A stretch of DNA of 64,000 bases, taken from the NCBI GenBank assembly GCA_027371845.1, contig DAHXLD010000010.1:9438-73437 (forward strand), read 5' to 3'. The notes under the pieces were generated by a model. That model was not told the DNA's origin, did not search any database, and worked only from the letters and a program-made list of their open reading frames with translations. The position numbers and the translations under genes were made by a program. Shown piece by piece: positions 37,071 to 45,146 of this stretch (position 1 is its first letter; every line of letters begins with the position of its first letter). The stretch comes from Candidatus Saccharimonadota bacterium (GTDB lineage: Bacteria; Patescibacteriota; Saccharimonadia; Saccharimonadales; UBA4665).

Positions 37071-37431
37071 TCGTGGGTTTATTTATTAAGTAGGCCTATG
37101 AACCTTTTATTTATCTAACTTTTGTTAGATTGTTTTAGAGCGCTACTTTAAGACTAAAGTTGTTACCCTCCACTTTATCTTTTTTATTTTCCTTTTTATA
37201 TGGGAAAACGCTCTAAAACAAACTAATCCCTTTAACTAGAAGCCGATCTCAATTGGCTCCCCGTTTCAAAGTGAACCTAAACGGTAGTTTTTTAAACTGG
37301 CACGATTATTTAATTTTAGTTTTTTTATCGATGCTTCACTGGGGTGGGTTGAAGGGTGCCAGGAGATAACTTCGGTTGTCTCCTAAAAGAGACTTCGGCG
37401 GTGCCCACCCCCTCCGGAGTCTCTTTTATTT
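37071..37431 (+). ncRNA. candidate structured non-coding RNA(s), unclassified
   Basis: No ORF. Perfect 13-bp long-range helix (37130-37142 with 37209-37221). Weak terminator-like hairpin at 37261-37293. 10-bp stem with UUCG loop (37361-37384). Terminal stem 37385-37398 with 37414-37427 followed by TTTTATTT. Its loop CCCACCCC (37404-37411) is complementary to GGGGTGGG (37341-37348). Two G-U pairs exist only on the plus strand. Confidence 0.35.
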
Positions 37432-38083
37432 AAAAGATAAAAGATCTAGTTTCGTTTTCTAGCCCGCTATCCCCAGATAAATATTCTGTTATTAGGGAAA
37501 CCACCTCGTTATTTAGGTCCTTTAAAACTTTTTGTTCTTTTAAATTAAACTTTTGTAGTACAAAATCTTTAGCATCTATTTTAGATAATTCGGGATTTTT
37601 TATTCCTATTCTTAATCTTTTAAAGTCTTTACTCTTAACACTCTCGATTATAGAATTTATACCGTTATGTCCGCCACTGGTTCCATTTGATCTTATTCTA
37701 ATTTGTCCAAAATTAATGTCCAAATCGTCGTGAATTACTAAAATATCACTTAACTTTAGTTTATAAAAAGATAGTGCTGCTAAAACTGCTTGACCGCTGT
37801 TATTCATTAGAGTTAATGGTTTAATTGCAATAACTCGTTTATCTGTCATATGACCAATAGCTATTTCACATTTAAGGTCTTTTTTAGTGGTCCAAGGCCC
37901 GAAGTCACTTAAATTATCGATTAGATAACCTAGGGTTTCGAACCCAATATTATGTCTAGTTCCGTTATATTCTTTAGGATAGTTACCTAGCCCTACTAAA
38001 AGTATGGTTTTTTTATTCAAGCTTACCTGATACGAAAATGTGGCAGGATTTTGAAATTGTGGTCTTTTTTGAAGCCAACCCAT
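37430..38083 (-). CDS. pth: peptidyl-tRNA hydrolase
   Basis: 217 aa. LLVGLGNYPKEYNGTRHNIGF and GGHNGINS motifs, with an N-terminal extension of about 25 aa. Confidence 0.9.
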   Translation of the reverse strand: MGWLQKRPQFQNPATFSYQVSLNKKTILLVGLGNYPKEYNGTRHNIGFETLGYLIDNLSDFGPWTTKKDLKCEIAIGHMTDKRVIAIKPLTLMNNSGQAVLAALSFYKLKLSDILVIHDDLDINFGQIRIRSNGTSGGHNGINSIIESVKSKDFKRLRIGIKNPELSKIDAKDFVLQKFNLKEQKVLKDLNNEVVSLITEYLSGDSGLENETRSFIF

Positions 38084-38119
38084 AGATAGAGTATTGATTT
38101 AATATTTAAAGTAGTCAAG

Positions 38120-39484
38120 TTACTTTTTAGGTTTTGTGGGAGATAGTCCGTGTTTATGGGCAACATGTTTTTCAATAAACCAAAGTTGAAGAGGGCTACC
38201 TTCAAATCCATAAGCTTGTCTTAAATTTTTTTCTAAATATCTTTTATAGCTCCAGTGTAGGTATTTGGTGTTAGATCCAAAAATTTTGAAGGCTGGAGTA
38301 GTATTATCTTTTTCTTGAATAATATAGTTTAGTTTTGGAAAACGATTTTTTAATCCTGCTGGAGGATGCGAATTAACGGCTTCTATTAACCAGCTATTTA
38401 GCTTTGGGGTGGATATTTTTTGTTGACGGTTTTCAACTATCTCCAATACTAGATCAAAAATTTTAGTTATATTTTGACCGGTTGTTGAGCTAGTTAAAAT
38501 GAGAGGCGCCCAAGGTACGAAGTCAAAAGTAGCCCTAAGCTCCTGGGCTATTTTATCTCTAAGAAACGGATCTTTCTCTTTAACCGCGTCCCATTTCGTA
38601 ATAACTAATATTAATCCTTTTCCGGACTCTTTAATCATGCCAGCCAGTTTTTGATCTAAGGCTACGTTAAGTTCATTACAATCCATGAGTAGTAAACACA
38701 CGTCAGACTCTTCAATAGCACTTAAACTTCTAATAACGCTAAATCTTTCAACCCCTTGCTGTATTTTTCCAGATCTTCTAATTCCAGCCGTATCTAAAAC
38801 CTCTAAGTTTTTAGAATGATATTTAATTTTATTTCTATTTATATCCCTTGTAGTCCCGGCTCTTTCGGATACAATGGCTTGTTGTTTTTTTAATATTGTA
38901 TTGAATAGGGTTGATTTACCAACGTTCGGTCTTCCTATTAGGGAAAATGTTATCTTATCCAAATCTTCTTTCTTAAAAGATATTTTAGGGATTTTTGTTA
39001 CTATCCCATTAAGAAGATCATTAATCCCTTTTTTTTGACTTACAGATATTAAAAAGTAATCTTTAATACCAACATGTTTAAAATGATCAATCGTGTTATC
39101 TCTTATCTTATCTATTTTGTTAACTATTAAGACGACCGGTTTATTACTTTTTAGAGCCATTTCAGATAGTTTTCGATCATCATCATTAATTGAGACTTCG
39201 GCGTCAACCATTACTAAAATCAAATCAGCTGATTCACTGGCTTGATAGATTTGCTCTTGAATCGTAAATTCAAAATCGTCTTCTGGATCTTTTACTCCAG
39301 CCGTATCGACTAGCCAAAATTCTTGATTTCGCCACCTAGCTTTTGACATTAGGCTGTCTCTGGTTGTTCCAGCCTCTTTGGCGACTATGGCTTCCCTTTT
39401 GCCAATAACGAGATTATACAAACTTGATTTGCCAACATTTGTTCGTCCAACAATAGCAACAATAGGTGTTTTTTTAGTCGTCAT
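38120..39484 (-). CDS. der: ribosome-associated GTPase Der (EngA)
   Basis: 454 aa. Tandem GTPase domains (GRTNVGKSSL, GRPNVGKSTL; DTAG twice; NKID, TKWD) plus a KH-like C terminus. Confidence 0.95.
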   Translation of the reverse strand: MTTKKTPIVAIVGRTNVGKSSLYNLVIGKREAIVAKEAGTTRDSLMSKARWRNQEFWLVDTAGVKDPEDDFEFTIQEQIYQASESADLILVMVDAEVSINDDDRKLSEMALKSNKPVVLIVNKIDKIRDNTIDHFKHVGIKDYFLISVSQKKGINDLLNGIVTKIPKISFKKEDLDKITFSLIGRPNVGKSTLFNTILKKQQAIVSERAGTTRDINRNKIKYHSKNLEVLDTAGIRRSGKIQQGVERFSVIRSLSAIEESDVCLLLMDCNELNVALDQKLAGMIKESGKGLILVITKWDAVKEKDPFLRDKIAQELRATFDFVPWAPLILTSSTTGQNITKIFDLVLEIVENRQQKISTPKLNSWLIEAVNSHPPAGLKNRFPKLNYIIQEKDNTTPAFKIFGSNTKYLHWSYKRYLEKNLRQAYGFEGSPLQLWFIEKHVAHKHGLSPTKPKK

Positions 39485-40136
39485 TAATATTAATCTTCTT
39501 ATATGATCCTAATTGTAAGTCTGAAAGGACAAAACTTGCAAACTTTATTCGATGTAAATACGTAACCATATATCCAAGTTGATAAAGGGTTCTCCGAATT
39601 TGTCGGTTTTTACCTTCGTGCATTTGTATGTGGTAATAATCGTTTTTATATCTTGAAATCTTCATATGACTAATCCCGTCAGACAATTTAACTCCGTTGT
39701 TTATGGATTCCATGTCGGTTTCGGATATTTTTTTGTTTGTTTGAACTAAATAGAGTTTCTGCTTAATAAATCTGGGATGAGCTAATTTGTTAGAAAATTC
39801 TCCATTGTTTGTTAAGATTAATAATCCGCTTGAATTCTTGTCTAATCTTCCAACGGGTTTTAAATTAGAAAAGTTTTTTGGCAGAAGATCGTAAATTGTT
39901 TTACTCCCCTGTCCATTCTTACTAACAACGTAGCCCGAGGGTTTATTTAACATGATTGTTGTGTATTTTGGTAGAGTTAGAATTTTACCATTCAAAGTAA
40001 CTTTATCATTCTCAATAATATCTTGACCAATTTTAGCAAGTTGGTCGTTAACTTTAACCTCTCCTTTTTCTAACAAGAGGTCTGCTTTACGCCTACTAAT
40101 ACCACTAGCAAGTGAAACATACTTATTGATTCGCAT
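39474..40136 (-). CDS. pseudouridine synthase, RsuA/RluB family (S4 domain)
   Basis: 220 aa. S4 N terminus MRINKYVSLASGISRRKADLLLEKGEVKVN and catalytic GRLDKNSSGLLILTNNG. Confidence 0.88.
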   Translation of the reverse strand: MRINKYVSLASGISRRKADLLLEKGEVKVNDQLAKIGQDIIENDKVTLNGKILTLPKYTTIMLNKPSGYVVSKNGQGSKTIYDLLPKNFSNLKPVGRLDKNSSGLLILTNNGEFSNKLAHPRFIKQKLYLVQTNKKISETDMESINNGVKLSDGISHMKISRYKNDYYHIQMHEGKNRQIRRTLYQLGYMVTYLHRIKFASFVLSDLQLGSYKKININDD

Positions 40137-40142
40137 AATTGA

Positions 40143-40151
40143 ATTATACCA
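40143..40151 (-). promoter_or_regulatory. extended -10 (TGgTATAAT) 6 nt upstream of the rsuA-like ATG
   Basis: The minus strand reads TTGGTATAATTCAATTATG, with the ATG at 40136. Confidence 0.45.
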
Positions 40152-40163
40152 ATCAAATTGTAT

Positions 40164-41276
40164 TTAAAGAGTAATATTAGTTGGGTCGATATTATCGCTA
40201 GAATTTAAAGAACTAGCTTGAGGAGAGTCATCTGGGTTTACTATCGAAGTCCTGGGGGTATTATTTGTGTACGGTATAACGTTCTCTGGGGGGCTTACCG
40301 GCACTGAACTATCTGATTCTGAATCAGTGCCTTGAATCGGTATTTGAATTGAAGGAGATTGAACTTCGGGAGCCTGCTCAATAGGAGGATTATTTAAATA
40401 TGGTTGATTAGATCCTTGATCTTGCTGTTCATTATTGTCGGTAACTTCATTAAGCGAAGAATCTTCACTGCCAAGATTGCCATAAAATTCATTAATTTTG
40501 TTATTAATATTGGTTGTTTCGGTCGATTCGTTTAAAGCTTCGGGGTCTTGGTCAATGGGTTGTTGGCTAGGGTTGGTAGGTTCAGTTGGGGTTTCTTCTT
40601 GTTGAACTGGTTCGGGCACTAACGGCATTGATGTGTCTTGAGTTTGAGTGTCTAAGGCTTCTTGTCCTAAATTGTCGGCAGTTTGTAATAACTGATCATT
40701 TGATAAACCGGTTGAATTATTAGTAGTATTTTCTTCGTTTAAAGCTTCGGGGTCTTGGTCAATGGGTTGTTGGCTAGGGTTGGTAGGTTCAGTTGGGGTT
40801 TCTTCTTGTTGAACTGGTTCGGGCACTAACGGCATTGATGTGTCTTGAGTTTGAGTGTCTAAGGCTTCCTGTCCTTGTTGATTCTCTGAAGTATTATTAC
40901 TATTTTCGGTAGGGTTTAGTAATTCTTTAGCTACCTTGACTATATCTTCTAAGGTAACCTGAGACTTAACTAAATACTTATCGGCACCAAGTTTATTAGC
41001 TCGATCTTGATCCTCGCTTTGTCCTAAGGCTGTCAACATAATAACCTTAGCGTTCTTTAAGCCGTCGGTATTGCGAATAATGTCTAACATTTCAAAGCCA
41101 CTAATCTTAGGCATCATGACATCAGAAATAATTAGATCAGGTAATTGATCTTTAGCTAGAACAAGAGCCTCTTCGCCGTCCCCGGAAGATATTACTATGT
41201 AACCTTCAGCTTGAAGTCTCGCTTCATATATTTCTCTAAGATTGTTGTCGTCTTCCGCTAAAAGGATTTTCGCCAC
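40164..41276 (-). CDS. response regulator receiver fused to a long Pro/Gln/Glu/Thr-rich low-complexity tail
   Basis: 370 aa, GTG start. Canonical receiver (LLAEDD, DLIISDVMMP, IMLTAL, DKYLVKS) for about 120 aa. The following 250 aa or so are predicted disordered and contain a duplicated 47-aa block. Confidence 0.85.
   Translation of the reverse strand: MAKILLAEDDNNLREIYEARLQAEGYIVISSGDGEEALVLAKDQLPDLIISDVMMPKISGFEMLDIIRNTDGLKNAKVIMLTALGQSEDQDRANKLGADKYLVKSQVTLEDIVKVAKELLNPTENSNNTSENQQGQEALDTQTQDTSMPLVPEPVQQEETPTEPTNPSQQPIDQDPEALNEENTTNNSTGLSNDQLLQTADNLGQEALDTQTQDTSMPLVPEPVQQEETPTEPTNPSQQPIDQDPEALNESTETTNINNKINEFYGNLGSEDSSLNEVTDNNEQQDQGSNQPYLNNPPIEQAPEVQSPSIQIPIQGTDSESDSSVPVSPPENVIPYTNNTPRTSIVNPDDSPQASSLNSSDNIDPTNITL
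40527..40667. repeat. 141-bp direct repeat copy A inside the receiver-tail gene
   Basis: Identical to 40734-40874 except for one position (40663 vs 40870). The offset is 207 bp (69 codons, in frame). Confidence 0.9.
40734..40874. repeat. 141-bp direct repeat copy B inside the receiver-tail gene
   Basis: See copy A. Encodes GQEALDTQTQDTSMPLVPEPVQQEETPTEPTNPSQQPIDQDPEALNE. Confidence 0.9.
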
Positions 41277-41328
41277 TTATTTTTAACCTTATTAAAGTTG
41301 CTTATGTTTATTCTATTATATATCAAGC

Positions 41329-42666
41329 TTAAGTCAAAGGGTTTTTGGTTAAATCAGTTATAGTATCTGGATTTACATCTGATGTCATGCTCTGAGCTTG
41401 TTGTTGTGTTATTCTTGGTAAGTTTATATAAAATGTACTACCCTTATCTACTCGACTTTCAACCCATATCCTACCGTTATAGAGCTCGATTATCTTTTTA
41501 CATATGAATAGTCCTAAACCAGTCCCCCCAACGGTTCTAGTGGCTGAATTATCTACTCTATAGAATTTTTGAAAGAGATGAGGGATGTCTTCGGCCGGAA
41601 TACCTACCCCAGAATCTTTAACATAGAATTGGACAACATTAGTATCGGCGGTAAGCCCTATCGTAATGGAACCTTCAGAAGTAAATTTTACGGAGTTATC
41701 AAAGAGGTTGGTAATCACCTCTCTTAATCGATCTGGGTCGGCATACACATAATAAAAAGGCATTATGTTTTTCTCTTTTGTTAAGTTAACTTTCGCTAGT
41801 TGATCTGTGCCAACAATAAATTCCATTTTTAATCCTTTTTTTTCGGCTGCAAACTTGAGCTCTTCGGCTAATTGTTTGAGGAAAGTACCTATTTCTATTA
41901 CTTTTGGGTGATTGGTTAATCTTCCGTCCTCTGCTTTAGCGCTGGTTAAAAGATCTTGAAATAACTGTCCTAGGTGCTGTGTGGCCATATGAGCCTTTTC
42001 AAGATAGTCTCGAACTTTATCGTCAATTGAGGATACTTTAGAATTTAGAGCTAAAGCTAGATAACCCTCAATAGCTGCTACCGGGGTTCTCATTTCGTGA
42101 GATGCGGTACTTATAAAATCTACAAGTCTTTCTTCTTCCATTCTTTCTTCTGTAACATTTCTAATCAAAACGACTGCTGATTCAGAGCTTTTGTTTAAAT
42201 CTGCTAATGAGATACTTAAGCTAACATAAATTGTTGAATTTGTTTTAGTTATAAGTGAAGCATTATTGTCTTTGATGTTTTGTTTCAATTTAAATATTTG
42301 TACAAAGGGGTTACTATTAGCTAAGTATTCTTCTCCCTTGTTGTCTACTACTTTAACTACCATCTTAATATCTATTCCAATTGCATCTTTAGCTTCCCAG
42401 CCAGTTATTTTTTCAGCTGCTGGATTGAACAAATTTATGACTCCGTTTGAATCAATTAAGATAAGACCTTCGTCGATTGAATTAAATATGAAACTTAGTT
42501 TATCGGTTTGATCTTTTAAAGATAAGTTTGGTTTAGTTTTATTCTTTGTCTTAGTCTTTTTAATAGAAGTAAGTCGGAATATTAAAAAGATAATTATTCC
42601 AACAGCGATTATTCCAGCACCAATAAAAGCGTATATATAATAATGCATATGTTTACTTAAATACAT
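41329..42666 (-). CDS. sensor histidine kinase (TM, PAS, HisKA, HATPase_c)
   Basis: 445 aa. One N-terminal TM, a PAS-like segment (FNSIDEGLILID..ITGW), H-box STASHEMRTPVAAIEGYL, N-box NLFDNSVKFT, G1 DSGVGIP, G2 GGTGLGL. Confidence 0.9.
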   Translation of the reverse strand: MYLSKHMHYYIYAFIGAGIIAVGIIIFLIFRLTSIKKTKTKNKTKPNLSLKDQTDKLSFIFNSIDEGLILIDSNGVINLFNPAAEKITGWEAKDAIGIDIKMVVKVVDNKGEEYLANSNPFVQIFKLKQNIKDNNASLITKTNSTIYVSLSISLADLNKSSESAVVLIRNVTEERMEEERLVDFISTASHEMRTPVAAIEGYLALALNSKVSSIDDKVRDYLEKAHMATQHLGQLFQDLLTSAKAEDGRLTNHPKVIEIGTFLKQLAEELKFAAEKKGLKMEFIVGTDQLAKVNLTKEKNIMPFYYVYADPDRLREVITNLFDNSVKFTSEGSITIGLTADTNVVQFYVKDSGVGIPAEDIPHLFQKFYRVDNSATRTVGGTGLGLFICKKIIELYNGRIWVESRVDKGSTFYINLPRITQQQAQSMTSDVNPDTITDLTKNPLT

Positions 42667-42753
42667 TATATCTGATTTTAATAGTAGGTAGTCAATTAAA
42701 TATTATAAGAATAAATAAGGTTGTATTGTGATATAGTTGTTTGTATTATAATT

Positions 42754-42830
42754 GGCCCCTTCGTCTAGTGGTCCAGGACACCGGGTTCTCAGTCCGGTAA
42801 TCGCGGGTTCGAATCCCGCAGGGGTCACCA
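42754..42830 (+). tRNA. tRNA-Glu (anticodon CTC), CCA encoded
   Basis: Manual cloverleaf. Acceptor GGCCCCT/AGGGGTC, D arm GTCTAGTGGTCCAGGAC, anticodon stem CCGGG/TCCGG with loop TTCTCAG, T arm GCGGG-TTCGAAT-CCCGC, then ACCA. Confidence 0.9.
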
Positions 42831-42962
42831 AATTTGTTATTAGATACGAATTAGTCGAAAAGCTGCAATATATTAGTTTAGTGGTGTACTCGTATCAGTT
42901 AATCAAGTTCGATTCTCAGTGGCTTTTCTTGATTCACTTTGGTCTTAGCATCGGACATGGCA

Positions 42963-43228
42963 TTAGTATACTTGGTTGTGTGAGCCGACATCTAGAAAGA
43001 TGTATGAAGTAGTAGTTTCATAGTAAACTACACGAATATCACCAGTAATTGAGAAAGCACGTAGATTTTTCATATTTTTACTTAATGGATGGTCGTTTAG
43101 TGGCTTACCTCTTTTACCAGCTATAAAAAGTTTTAGACGATCATCGAAACGTGCTTTAAGATTTTTATTTGGTGCAATGCGTCCCTAAAGTGCTTTTGGA
43201 ACTGCGGTCTTTGTTCAATGTTCTTCAT
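42963..43228 (-). pseudogene. RelE/YafQ-superfamily toxin gene disrupted by a frameshift
   Basis: ATG 43228 gives MKNIEQRPQFQKHF.., which stops at 43133. A second frame (open from 43184) encodes APNKNLKARFDDRLKLFIAGKRGKPLNDHPLSKNMKNLRAFSITGDIRVVYYETTTSYIFLDVGSHNQVY and ends at 42963. Joined, the length would be about 88 aa. The gene lies 45 nt downstream of the antitoxin. Confidence 0.65.
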
Positions 43229-43273
43229 GTCCGTATAAATCTGCGGGGAAGTCTTCTACGTCTGTATAGGTCT

Positions 43274-43519
43274 TTAATTTGCCAGTTTTTTGTCTGCCAT
43301 ATGTTCAGCTAGCATTTTTTCATACCTAGCCTCGGCAGCTGGACTTAACCTTTCACTAATACTAAGACTAAAATCCATCTTGTTACGAACAACCGTACTA
43401 TACATAACGCGTGTAAAATCCTGTACCGAATTAAAACCTAGTTGGCGGGCATGTTTAGCTACGGCATCACGTAGTGACTTATCGAGAGGTATCTGTAATT
43501 TAACTGTCATATTACTCAT
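43274..43519 (-). CDS. RelB/DinJ-like (ribbon-helix-helix) antitoxin
   Basis: 81 aa. VKLQIPLDKSLRDAVAKHARQLGFNSVQDFTRVM follows the beta-strand plus two-helix RHH pattern. Upstream partner of the toxin remnant. Confidence 0.6.
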   Translation of the reverse strand: MSNMTVKLQIPLDKSLRDAVAKHARQLGFNSVQDFTRVMYSTVVRNKMDFSLSISERLSPAAEARYEKMLAEHMADKKLAN

Positions 43520-43525
43520 ACATCT

Positions 43526-43554
43526 ATAGTATCAAAGCTGTCAAAGTATGTCAA
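43526..43554 (-). promoter_or_regulatory. promoter/operator of the antitoxin gene (TTGACA-17 nt-TACTAT)
   Basis: The minus strand reads TTGACATACTTTGACAGCTTTGATACTAT. TTTGACA/TTTGATA direct repeats lie within the spacer, flanked by the inverted repeat TAGTAT..ATACTA. Confidence 0.5.
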
Positions 43555-43608
43555 ATCTATACTACTCAACTCATCATACCACCTGAGTATTTCAGAACAA
43601 AACCCCAA

Positions 43609-43630
43609 TTCGAGTGCAAGAGGGTCACCA
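43609..43630 (+). repeat. degenerate copy of the tRNA-Glu 3' end (TTCGAGTGCAAGAGGGTCACCA)
   Basis: Shares TTCGA and the terminal GGGTCACCA with tRNA-Glu 42808-42830. The two GGGTCACCA 9-mers are exactly 800 bp apart and bracket the toxin-antitoxin cassette. Confidence 0.55.
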
Positions 43631-43933
43631 TTAGTGGGTCTTCTGTATTAGAAAACTCTTTTTCATTGGGGATGCATCTGTAAAACGGTCTAATTTTTGA
43701 GTTTTTAGATATCTGCTTGCTTGTGTGGAGTTCAAGACCTTATGGCCTTTTGAATGTGAAGTTGGTTTAATAGTTGCTGTTTGCCTAGCGCGGCTCACAA
43801 TACTCCAACGGTATTTTTTATAACACTCTCAACGGCTTAGGCCTAATGAGCTTAAGCCAGATTTTGGTACAAATAGTTTAGGTATTACTAATTTATATTG
43901 CCAAGTTTTACTAATAAAATAAAAAAGGACCCC

Positions 43934-44524
43934 CTATTTTTTATAAGCCAATGTTTTATGTGCCATTATTGCAGCAAGAAATTGAATTATTGCCATTGTT
44001 ATAAATAAGCCTTTGAAACCGTAGATACCTATTACTAAACCGCCAATTGCAGCACCTATAGCTCCAGCAAACATATTACTGCTATCCATCCAAGACCATT
44101 CTTCGCTCTCCTTACCCTTTCCTTGGTTCCTAGCAAACATGGTTTTAAGGGCTGGAAATGTTATGCCAGCACCAAGTGCATTAAGACTTAACACAAGTAA
44201 TAGCCCACTCGCACTATGAACTGTTAAAAACAGTAAATCAGCTATTGGATAAATATAGACACCTAACTTAACATATTTTTCTTTTCTACGGCGATTTTCA
44301 TATTTGCCAAATAATAAAATAAGAATAGCAGCCATCATTGAATATGCACTCCAAATGAAGCCAATATATCTTGGTGTGATGTCTATGCTTTTAGCGAATA
44401 ATGCATATAACGGTGCAAAAATATAGAAACCAACCTGGCTAAAAATATATATGTAGAGGAGGAACTTAAGTTTTTTTGCTTTAGTCATTTTTATTAATAA
44501 TACTTTGTTAGTTTTATTATACAT
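43934..44524 (-). CDS. six-TM protein resembling one half of an MFS transporter (possibly truncated)
   Basis: 196 aa (or 184 aa from ATG 44488). Six hydrophobic helices with an MFS-like loop (GKYENRRRKEKY) and a Gly-rich helix (FAGAIGAAIGGLVIG). No partner half is adjacent. Confidence 0.4.
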   Translation of the reverse strand: MYNKTNKVLLIKMTKAKKLKFLLYIYIFSQVGFYIFAPLYALFAKSIDITPRYIGFIWSAYSMMAAILILLFGKYENRRRKEKYVKLGVYIYPIADLLFLTVHSASGLLLVLSLNALGAGITFPALKTMFARNQGKGKESEEWSWMDSSNMFAGAIGAAIGGLVIGIYGFKGLFITMAIIQFLAAIMAHKTLAYKK

Positions 44525-44700
44525 TTAATTACGGTTTTTGCTTCAAAGTAAAGTAATTACTCCTATTATCTATTGCCAAGCCATATCAATATTCCGATCA
44601 GTCAGGGTTTAATTAGACCAGCCAGGTTCTTGCTGCAATTAGTAAATATATAAATTATGCTTAAATCGTAAAAAACCAAGATAATTTAAGGATTAACTTA

Positions 44701-45146
44701 AGTGGGCAAATTAAAATATAACCAGAAAGGCTTCAGTGCAATAGAGGTTGTTCAATAACTACAGATAATTCTAATTCGCCAACAACAATATACCTTCAAT
44801 TTAGTACCGATAGCATTAACATAGACTGCGCTGATGCTTTTTGCCAAGTTACAACAGCTGTTCCACTTAGTAATTCGCAGTTACCAGGAGCAGTTCTTGC
44901 TGTTGCTAATCAGACTAGTGGTAACGGAACTAAGTTTACAGAGTATGTCGTTGCCAGTAGCAGTACAAAAGTCGGAGATAAGACTATAAATGCTGTTAAA
45001 ACTGGTAGCAGTAATATTTATGTATTTGGCCAACCCTATTACAGTACTGGTGGACAAGGAGATTTTTCTAGAGAAGCTGGTCGAGTTAATGATGTTACAG
45101 CCCTTCAATCCAACAGTTATTTTATAGACCTGGTTCAACTAATTAA
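44701..45146 (+). pseudogene. type IV pilin-like gene remnant (prepilin signal peptide separated from body by stop/frameshift)
   Basis: GTG 44701 encodes VGKLKYNQKGFSAIEVVQ-stop, which carries a class III signal motif (G/FSxIE). A different frame (44721-45146, no start codon) encodes a 141-aa Ser/Thr/Gly-rich body with a Cys pair (DCADAFC). The hydrophobic alpha1 helix is missing. Confidence 0.5.

Noticed and set aside
37130-37142. GTTTTAGAGCG resembles the start of type II (Cas9) CRISPR repeats and tracrRNA anti-repeats.
   Set aside because: It is a single occurrence paired with its own inverted copy 66 nt away. There is no repeat-spacer array and no cas genes in the window.
37071-37431. 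Attempted identification of the structured locus as RNase P RNA (it contains AGGGTGCCAGG, similar to an E. coli M1 RNA segment), tmRNA, SRP RNA or 6S RNA.
   Set aside because: It lacks the GGAAAGUCC and ACAGAA..GGCUUA P4 strands of RNase P. It lacks the tRNA-like acceptor/T-arm and tag ORF of tmRNA, and the GGAAGCAGC domain IV of SRP RNA. It is left unclassified.
42747-42752. TATAAT immediately upstream of tRNA-Glu as its promoter.
   Set aside because: The hexamer ends only 1 nt before the mature 5' end, so transcription would start inside the tRNA. The real promoter must be further upstream or the match is fortuitous.
42870-42930. A tRNA-like fragment (TAGTTTAGTGGTGTACTCGTATCAGTTAATCAAGTTCGATTCTCAG) with D-loop-like and T-loop-like strings downstream of tRNA-Glu.
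   Set aside because: I could not draw acceptor, anticodon or T stems with acceptable pairing. It is at most a badly decayed tRNA remnant and is not reportable as a gene.
42752-43012. The listed 86-aa ORF overlapping tRNA-Glu, and the listed 75-aa ORF 59340-59567 overlapping tRNA-Leu.
   Set aside because: Both are read-throughs of tRNA genes and flanking non-coding DNA. The tRNA cloverleaves explain the sequence.
44881-45138. The listed 85-aa minus-strand ORF.
   Set aside because: It lies antisense to the much more protein-like plus-strand pilin-body frame (44721-45146) and has a low-complexity Ser/Thr/Ile composition typical of antisense frames.
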